32,000 bases of DNA from Limnochordales bacterium. GTDB taxonomy: Bacteria > Bacillota > Limnochordia > Limnochordales > Geochordaceae. Below are positions 27,001-32,000 of the stretch, piece after piece. A program made the translations under genes and the position numbers. Within the stretch, counting starts at the first letter, position 1; the number at the start of each line of letters is the position of its first letter. Location: NCBI GenBank assembly GCA_036562495.1, contig DATCKA010000068.1:1-32000 (forward strand). The letters are read 5' to 3'. Below the pieces are notes generated by a model. The model searched no databases, was not told the origin of the DNA, and worked only from the letters and a program-made list of their open reading frames with translations.

Positions 27001-27623
27001 CCGGCACTGCGCCAGGGCGTGCGGACCCACTCGCCGGGCGTGGCGCCCGGCTCCTCCCATACGCCGTCGAGCCCCCAGGAGAGGGAGTCTCCCGTCGCGA
27101 GCCACCCCATTGCCAGCGGCAACTGGCGCAGACCGTCGAGGAGGACCCGCTGGATGCGTGCGATCCGCTCTCGCAGCCCGGGAGGCGTCTCGTCGCCCGG
27201 CTGCGCCTCCGGAAGCTCCTCCTCGGCGCCCTCCTGGGCCGGGCGGATCACCACGCCGCTCGCCTCGACCCGCCGCACGCTGCTCGCCGGCTGGCGGGGA
27301 TGGGCGATGACGGCCGGTACGTCGACCCCCACCGTGACGCCGGGAGCGTAGATCTGACCGCCGCCTCGGAGATCCAGCTGCACGGGCGCCAGCCTTACGG
27401 CCGACGGCAATGCCAGGGCCGCCTCGCCCACCTGGATGGTGAGCCCCGCGTCCTGGCCCACGTCGCTCAGGGCCTGGCGTACCGCCACGCTGAGATTCGC
27501 GTTGATCTCTGGCAACGCGGTCCACGCGGCGACGCCCAGCGTGCTCGCCAGGAGCAAGGAAACGGCCAGCAGCCACCGTGCCGGAGGCCGGGTTCGATGT
27601 CGCGTCGGCTGTAGGTCACTCAT
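24087..27623 (-). CDS. tamB: TamB-like translocation/assembly and lipid-transport protein (DUF490)
   Basis: N-terminal TM anchor, long AsmA-like/beta-taco region, C-terminal DUF490: VRLHVEGTTTDPTQLRLSAQPEMSREEILALLLPG...FELSYRLRPDLTWRLSWDDENGDGAFRVGLDWQHSF. Confidence 0.92.
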   Translation of the reverse strand: MSDLQPTRHRTRPPARWLLAVSLLLASTLGVAAWTALPEINANLSVAVRQALSDVGQDAGLTIQVGEAALALPSAVRLAPVQLDLRGGGQIYAPGVTVGVDVPAVIAHPRQPASSVRRVEASGVVIRPAQEGAEEELPEAQPGDETPPGLRERIARIQRVLLDGLRQLPLAMGWLATGDSLSWGLDGVWEEPGATPGEWVRTPWRSAGQLQVLGPGQVQAEGSVELGAARADFLAVASGTRVVLRRLTIAHEGLVSSASGSAHLADEQTLQVDLAGRLEWTGPVEGSGPWQIDWRTDGTWGPEGLPPIEVVAQVRPVPEAGGRWGRLLAGLRLEGEIRQDADGLRLIGGRVRKGEARGAVAGSLADSWPHAATIDFEVAGLQPGEDLPWWSGYAVNSVAARGRLSGSLTGPWQVDGELQTPSGRLLGLAVGGAEAHVVADLTSGQATVDEIVAAAGSGVLALGAELRWRTSARPVAGEPARVWLTLTGRVEGLASTEALTAFRSLLGSGDGVGDGPTALTGGGGEVAGDFAIELAWTDPAGHTGPRRRTPVLAMASFDGPDGSIEVVREQGGGYRIAGDLINLGGRALRPWLRSWRGYATFAGSLVDGTLAGQVRADRLGLAGYELGTLQAAIRFEDGVWQIEDASLQGGEVEGTMALRLAADLQTGQANFRLRQRSEGGLSAAVEGGLRLESPTLMLEEVLVSVQDREVARIGGSVPLTLLGADAAATMDVRARMERFPLELVRQLLPAWQVEGGRLTGDVVVSGTLQAPNVSGGLSVQADRLVAPQERLNPLTDIVVDLRVEGRTIRLAQGQARSARGGDVQLSGEAQLQAIWPLRLYPVDVRMEVRRVSVDMRPTGSLQLAGTFTGELRWAGAWTPGSRPVLSGRLGVRDGRVTLWGIGLPGGTSGLPLNGQGMVRLPESFERAEGRPAAAGGIPLDVTVQAEQPIRLEVPAIGGTALAEGAVRLTGTTGTPALAGEVLLTQARVRYFGREFAIERGRLTFSPSRGLVPEVDLDATTSTPEGPVRLHVEGTTTDPTQLRLSAQPEMSREEILALLLPGLDRAEEDSRQRWIARVNEQLAAWAMGPLEEAVRTALGLDEVALVPGTESGSLRLLAGKYLDPGRLYVRYRRELLDPEGSQSFELSYRLRPDLTWRLSWDDENGDGAFRVGLDWQHSF

Positions 27624-27715
27624 GGTGCGATTCGTGTTGGACCTTCGATGAAAAGGGGACGATTCCCGTTACCGGGCGTGTGCCAATGGCTGGCGGCTCA
27701 GGAGGACGCTGCGAC

Positions 27716-29734
27716 TCACGGGGTCGAAAGGCCGCCGCTTGCCTGCACGGCACCGGGACCTCTCGCCGGCTCGGTAGATCGGCTCAGGATTCGCACGTCG
27801 AACGATGTGCTGCCCTCGATGACCCAGGGCGTGATGAGCGTGCGCTTGACGGCGCCCGTCTCGGTCCGCTCCTCCCCGGGCTTCGTCGTCGACCCCGCCG
27901 ACGAGCCGTCGCCCGGCACCCGGGTCGCCCGCCCGCTCGCCGGCGGGTCGGTCGGCTCGTCGGCCTCGTCCGCCCGCACCGGCAACACTCCAGGATAAAA
28001 CTCGGCCACCAATTCGTTGCTCTTCTCGCGTCCCTCCAGGGTCTCGATGAGCTTCTCGAGGTTGGTGGGGACCTCTCCCTCGTCGAGGGGCGCTTCCTCA
28101 GGCTCCTCGGACTCCGTCGGGGCCCCCTCGCCGGACAGCAGGCTCTCCAGGTCCAGACCCAGGGAGAAGCTGCCGGGGCTCCCGCCTCGCACCGTCACGC
28201 TGACAGTGCCCGGGGCCGCGTCCTCGGGGATCTGCAGCGTCAGGATGCGGGTCTCGAGCTCCCCCCGGTAGGGGAGGAGATCCACCGCCACGCCCAGGCG
28301 CTCACCCGGACGCACCGCGTCGTTGAGCGGCCTGGCCCTGACGATGGCAGCCGTCTGGCGCTGCTGGCTCACCTGCACCGTCAGGTCGATGGAGGTCAGC
28401 CCGATATCCTCGAACCGGTTGGTCAGCAGGGTCTGCAACGTGCCCAAGAAGTCGCTCAGCAGGCGCGCCGAGATGTCCGACGGGCTGTAGTCCATCGCGT
28501 CTCGTGCGAAAGTACCGCCTCCGGGCAGCGCCCTACCGTGGATCCGGTAGATGGTCCGGGCAGTCCCAGGGCCGATGCGGTCCAGCCCTCTGTCCAGCGC
28601 CTCCAGCGATGCGATGGCCACGAGCGGTACCGTCAGCAGGTCGTCACGCACCACCCGGGCCTCGAAGGTCCTGGATCGGCCGGCCGACACATCCTCGACC
28701 GTCACCATCAGCCGGATGGCGTCGGGCTCCGCGTCGGTCCGCCCCGCCACAGCGGCCCGGCGGTCCTCGGTCAGCACGGCCTTCGGCTCGCCGATGAGGC
28801 TGCCGACCTTGAAGGGGACGGTAAGACTGCTGACGGTACGATGGATGTAGGCCGGCCCGGCGAAGAAGTCGACGCTGCCCTTCTGGAGGAAGGGATGGCC
28901 GAAGCCCACGAACCGGGAGCCATCGACGTAGGTGACCGTCCCGATGGCCGTGAGGCTGACATCCCCGTGCACCAAGCCGACCCCGAAGGCGCTGCCCGGC
29001 TGAAGCTCGACCGACTCCGCCCCCGTCGCCCCACCCACGCCCACGGGGGCCGCTCCGCCTCCCGGCACCAGCATGAGCCCGAAGGGAGCCAAGAGCCGCT
29101 CCACGGCTCGACGCGCTCGCGGCCCGAAGCCGCCCACCATCACCGGTGTGGCCACGGGTACCATGATCGCCGTGTCTTTTGGCAACGTCTCCCGCATCCG
29201 CTGGGCAGAGGCCGGGTCGGAGGCGAGGGCGACGTGTCGGTACACGCCTCGCTCCCGGGCCTGGGGCCCGAGGCCGCTCGACTCGGGCGATGGCTCGCCC
29301 GGCACGCGACGCAGCACCTCGAGCATGTCCTCGATGGGCGTCACCATGCCCACCGAGTGATCGCTAAACTCGAAGGCGTACCCGATGGCCCCCAACAGCC
29401 GGCCATCGACGTAGACGGGGCTGCCGCTCATGCCCGCCGCGATCCCACCGAAGCCCTCCACCGCAGGGCCGCTCACCCTGACCAGGATCAGGTCGCCGGC
29501 GGGCCCGGCCTGCTCGACGACGCCCAGGACCTCCACGTCGAACCGGTCGATGCGCGTCCCCTGCACCACCGTCAGGCCGTATCCGGTCAGCCCGGGCCGC
29601 ACCTGCTCGACGGGAAGCAGCTGGGGTGCGCCCAGGGCACCGGCAGCCATCGCGAGGCAGATCCCGATGGCGGCGAGCGCGACCGACAGGCCGCGTGGGA
29701 GCACGTGCTCGAGGCGGCGGGCCCCTCTCACCAA
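27716..29734 (-). CDS. SpoIVB-like peptidase S55 domain-containing secreted protein
   Basis: Signal peptide; RPGLTGYGLTVVQGTRIDRFDVEVLGVVEQAGPAGDLILVRVSG...GGIAAGMSGSPVYVDGRLLGAIGYAF, GFGHPFLQKGSVDFFAGPAYIH: features of S55/SpoIVB-like domain proteins. Start TTG 29734 or GTG 29731. Confidence 0.8.
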   Translation of the reverse strand: MVRGARRLEHVLPRGLSVALAAIGICLAMAAGALGAPQLLPVEQVRPGLTGYGLTVVQGTRIDRFDVEVLGVVEQAGPAGDLILVRVSGPAVEGFGGIAAGMSGSPVYVDGRLLGAIGYAFEFSDHSVGMVTPIEDMLEVLRRVPGEPSPESSGLGPQARERGVYRHVALASDPASAQRMRETLPKDTAIMVPVATPVMVGGFGPRARRAVERLLAPFGLMLVPGGGAAPVGVGGATGAESVELQPGSAFGVGLVHGDVSLTAIGTVTYVDGSRFVGFGHPFLQKGSVDFFAGPAYIHRTVSSLTVPFKVGSLIGEPKAVLTEDRRAAVAGRTDAEPDAIRLMVTVEDVSAGRSRTFEARVVRDDLLTVPLVAIASLEALDRGLDRIGPGTARTIYRIHGRALPGGGTFARDAMDYSPSDISARLLSDFLGTLQTLLTNRFEDIGLTSIDLTVQVSQQRQTAAIVRARPLNDAVRPGERLGVAVDLLPYRGELETRILTLQIPEDAAPGTVSVTVRGGSPGSFSLGLDLESLLSGEGAPTESEEPEEAPLDEGEVPTNLEKLIETLEGREKSNELVAEFYPGVLPVRADEADEPTDPPASGRATRVPGDGSSAGSTTKPGEERTETGAVKRTLITPWVIEGSTSFDVRILSRSTEPARGPGAVQASGGLSTP

Positions 29735-29765
29735 GGCAGCAGTCCCTTCGGCGCCGGGGGGTGAT

Positions 29766-30248
29766 CTAGACGCGGACGGGATCGCCCACCCCCCTGGCTT
29801 CCCCTCTATTCCCCTCAGCGATGTGGTCTCCTGTCAATGCACGCGAAAACTCGTCGACCAAGAGTCGCGCCAGTCGACCCGGGCCTGCGTCCACCAGCAG
29901 TGTCGCCGTGGCCTGACAAAACCACTCCCCGTACACCTGCCCCGCCATGCCCTCGCCGAAGAGGCTGCCCTCGCCCGGCTTGAGGGCTTGTTGCAGCAGG
30001 TGCGACCAGAGCCATGCCTCCAGTTGCCCTGCCGCCCAGCGCAGGCCGGCCTCGCCCTTGAGCGTCCCGCTTTCCGGCGGCACGACCCAGGGTGCCGGCA
30101 CGGACGCTGCCGGGCCATCGGTCCGGGCCTCATGGAGGATCGTTCGAAAGCTCTCCCTCGACCCTGACCGCGCGGGCCGCTCGGACGGGGCCGGACCGAC
30201 CGCACCGCGGCGCGCCACCGCGAAGGCCGCCATCTCCGCCACTGTCAC
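29766..30248 (-). CDS. FlgJ N-terminal-type rod-binding protein (no muramidase domain)
   Basis: AAGQLEAWLWSHLLQQALKPGEGSLFGEGMAGQVYGEWFCQATATLLVDAGPGRLARLLVDEF resembles the rod-binding domain; position directly after flgI; GTG at 30248 overlaps the flgI stop (GTGA). Confidence 0.65.
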   Translation of the reverse strand: MTVAEMAAFAVARRGAVGPAPSERPARSGSRESFRTILHEARTDGPAASVPAPWVVPPESGTLKGEAGLRWAAGQLEAWLWSHLLQQALKPGEGSLFGEGMAGQVYGEWFCQATATLLVDAGPGRLARLLVDEFSRALTGDHIAEGNRGEARGVGDPVRV

Positions 30249-31387
30249 AGCACCTCCAGCTCGGCGTACAGGGCACCCGCCGCCCGGATGGCCTCCAGGA
30301 TGGCGATGATGTCCTTGGGCGTCAGGCCTGAGGCGTTGAGCGCATCGACCAGCTCGCCCACGCTGGCGCCGGCCTGCAGGAGCGTGGCACGACCCGGCGG
30401 GGACTCGCTGCGGGAGGGCAAGCCACGGACCGCACCCAAGTCGTCGTCGGGAGCCGTCGCGCCCACCTCGACCCGGATGCCGCCGTGGGCTACGGCTACG
30501 GGCGCGATGCGCACCTGATGGCCCAGCACCACCGTGCCGGTGCGTTCGTTGATGACCACTCGCGCCGGCGCCGACGGCGTCACCATCAGCTGCTCGAGTC
30601 GCGCCACCAGGAGGGCAGGGTCCTGCTGGTACGCCTCCGGCAGTCGCACCGTCACGACGGCCCCATCCAGGGTAAACGCCAGCGGCTCTCCCAGCTCCTG
30701 GTTGATGGCGTCCACCATGCGCGCAGCGGTGGTGAAGTCGGGCTGGTACAGGACGAGGCGCACCGTCCCCTCCTGGGCCACCGCCGCCGGCACGGCCCGC
30801 TCGACGATGGCCCCACCCGGGATGGTCGCGACGGTGGGGTGCACCCGCTGGCCCGTCAGGCTGCGAGCCGTGCTGCCGCCCACCACCAGCGGTCCCTGTG
30901 CCACGGCGTACACCTCGCCATCGGCACCCTGGAGGGGCGTCTGCAGCAGGACACCCCCTGCCAGGCTGCGGGCGTCCCCCATGGAAGAGACCGTCACGTC
31001 CACCCGGTCACCGGGGCGGGCCAGCGACGGCAGGAGCGCCGTCACCATGACGGCGGCCACGTTGCGCGCCCGCAGCTGGCCGGGATCGACGGCCAGCCCG
31101 AAGTAGCGGAGCATATTGGCGACCATCTGGGCCGAGACACCCCGGCTGTCGCCGGTCCCCTCCAGCCCCACGACGAGCCCCAGGCCCACCAGCTGGTTGG
31201 GGCGGAGCCCCTCCAGTCGGGCGAGGTCCACGATCCGCACGGCAGGCGCCGCAAGCGGGGCGACCGCGCCTTCGGACTGGGCGAGGGCGCCTGCTGCCCA
31301 CCCCACCAGCAGCGACAGCGAGAGCACCGTGGCCCCGGCTCGTCCAGCGCGTCGTAGCATCGCCTCGATGGCCATGGCCGCTCCCAC
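30245..31387 (-). CDS. flgI: Flagellar P-ring protein FlgI
   Basis: RIVDLARLEGLRPNQLVGLGLVVGLEGTGDS...RNVAAVMVTALLPSLARPGDRVDVTVSSMGDARSLAGGVLLQTPLQGADGEVYAVAQGPLVVGG; C-terminal ASVGELVDALNASGLTPKDIIAILEAIRAAGALYAELEVL. Confidence 0.96.
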   Translation of the reverse strand: MGAAMAIEAMLRRAGRAGATVLSLSLLVGWAAGALAQSEGAVAPLAAPAVRIVDLARLEGLRPNQLVGLGLVVGLEGTGDSRGVSAQMVANMLRYFGLAVDPGQLRARNVAAVMVTALLPSLARPGDRVDVTVSSMGDARSLAGGVLLQTPLQGADGEVYAVAQGPLVVGGSTARSLTGQRVHPTVATIPGGAIVERAVPAAVAQEGTVRLVLYQPDFTTAARMVDAINQELGEPLAFTLDGAVVTVRLPEAYQQDPALLVARLEQLMVTPSAPARVVINERTGTVVLGHQVRIAPVAVAHGGIRVEVGATAPDDDLGAVRGLPSRSESPPGRATLLQAGASVGELVDALNASGLTPKDIIAILEAIRAAGALYAELEVL

Positions 31388-31388
31388 C

Positions 31389-31979
31389 TCAGAAGAGCCA
31401 GTCGAAGATGCGGGTCAAGATGCCCGGCTTCTGCTCCGCTCCCAAGGCCCCCGTGCCTCGCAGCACGATCTGGGCGTCCGCCACGTACGTCGACAGCACG
31501 GTGTTTTCCCGGGAAATATCCTCAGGCCGTACGATGCCGGTCAACACGATCTCCTGATGCTCCTCGTTGATGACGATGGTCTGTCGCCCCTCGACCCGCA
31601 AGGCGCCGCCGGGGAGCACCTCGACCACCCGGGCGGTCATCTGCGCCTTGACGCTGCCGGTGCGCACCGTGCGCCCGCTCCCGTCGAACGCGCTGCCCCC
31701 CGACGCCCCCAGCAGCGGGATGAAGTCCAGCAGCCCCTGGCCGGGGCCGATCTTGAGGGAACCTTCGCGTTCGCTCCCCGTCGATGCGGCCGAAGTGGCC
31801 TCGGCGCGCTCCACGATGATGATGGTCACCAGATCCCCCACCCGGCGGGCCCTGGCGTCGGCATACAGCCCTCCGGCGAAGCCCGACTGGGTCTCCTGTG
31901 CCTTGGCCCACAGGGACTCGGCCGCCGCCCCGCTCGCGCTCGCCGAGACAAGCGCAGCCATCAGGGCCAGACCCGCCAT
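31389..31979 (-). CDS. flgH: Flagellar L-ring protein FlgH (true start may lie beyond the window)
   Basis: ESLWAKAQETQSGFAGGLYADARARRVGDLVTIIIVERAEATSAAST...GSVKAQMTARVVEVLPGGALRVEGRQTIVINEEHQEIVLTGIVRPEDISRENTVLSTYVADAQIVLRGTGALG. The reading frame stays open upstream to the window edge. Confidence 0.93.
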   Translation of the reverse strand: MAGLALMAALVSASASGAAAESLWAKAQETQSGFAGGLYADARARRVGDLVTIIIVERAEATSAASTGSEREGSLKIGPGQGLLDFIPLLGASGGSAFDGSGRTVRTGSVKAQMTARVVEVLPGGALRVEGRQTIVINEEHQEIVLTGIVRPEDISRENTVLSTYVADAQIVLRGTGALGAEQKPGILTRIFDWLF

Positions 31980-32000
31980 GAAACGCGCAGGGACTCGGCC

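Noticed and set aside
27624-27715. CCCGGTAACGGG inverted repeat and TTGGCAC motif between the S55 gene and tamB, considered as a terminator or sigma-54 promoter
   Set aside because: Stem is only 4 bp with no U-tract, and -24/-12 spacing does not fit TGGCAC-N5-TTGC.
27578-29764. 728-aa + strand ORF antisense to the S55 gene
   Set aside because: No recognisable domain; compositionally biased and fully overlaps a supported gene.
1-32000. tRNA, rRNA, CRISPR arrays, transposases/integrases
   Set aside because: None seen; the window is nearly fully occupied by co-directional envelope and flagellar genes with no direct-repeat array or mobile-element hallmark found by eye.

Overview
This 32 kb, very GC-rich window is almost entirely one strand (-). 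It reads as an outer-membrane (OM) biogenesis locus that runs into flagellar P/L-ring genes. In transcriptional order (high to low coordinate) I read: flgH, flgI, a FlgJ-type rod-binding protein, an S55/SpoIVB-like domain protein, tamB, bamA, ompH/skp, lpxD, a YjbH-like OM protein, a second putative beta-barrel protein, a single LptF/G-type permease, lptD, lptC, lptA, a 985-aa membrane protein fused to an ABC ATPase, lpxC, fabZ, lpxA, lpxI, lpxB, an LpxB-related paralogue, msbA, an NAD-dependent sugar epimerase, lptB, a DUF3084 protein, and a truncated SLH-domain/coiled-coil protein resembling the OmpM-type OM tether. The set (LpxI rather than LpxH, an SLH OM-tether-like protein, DUF3084, an S55-domain protein) suggests a diderm member of the Firmicutes (Limnochordia-like is my inference; not verifiable here). 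Most genes are tightly packed. Several use 4-nt NTGA stop/start overlaps, often with GTG or TTG starts, so many starts in the supplied ORF track are too long. The SLH gene is missing from the track because it is open at the window edge. The least explained element is the 985-aa permease-like/ABC-ATPase fusion between lptA and lpxC. No tRNA, rRNA, CRISPR or mobile element was recognised.
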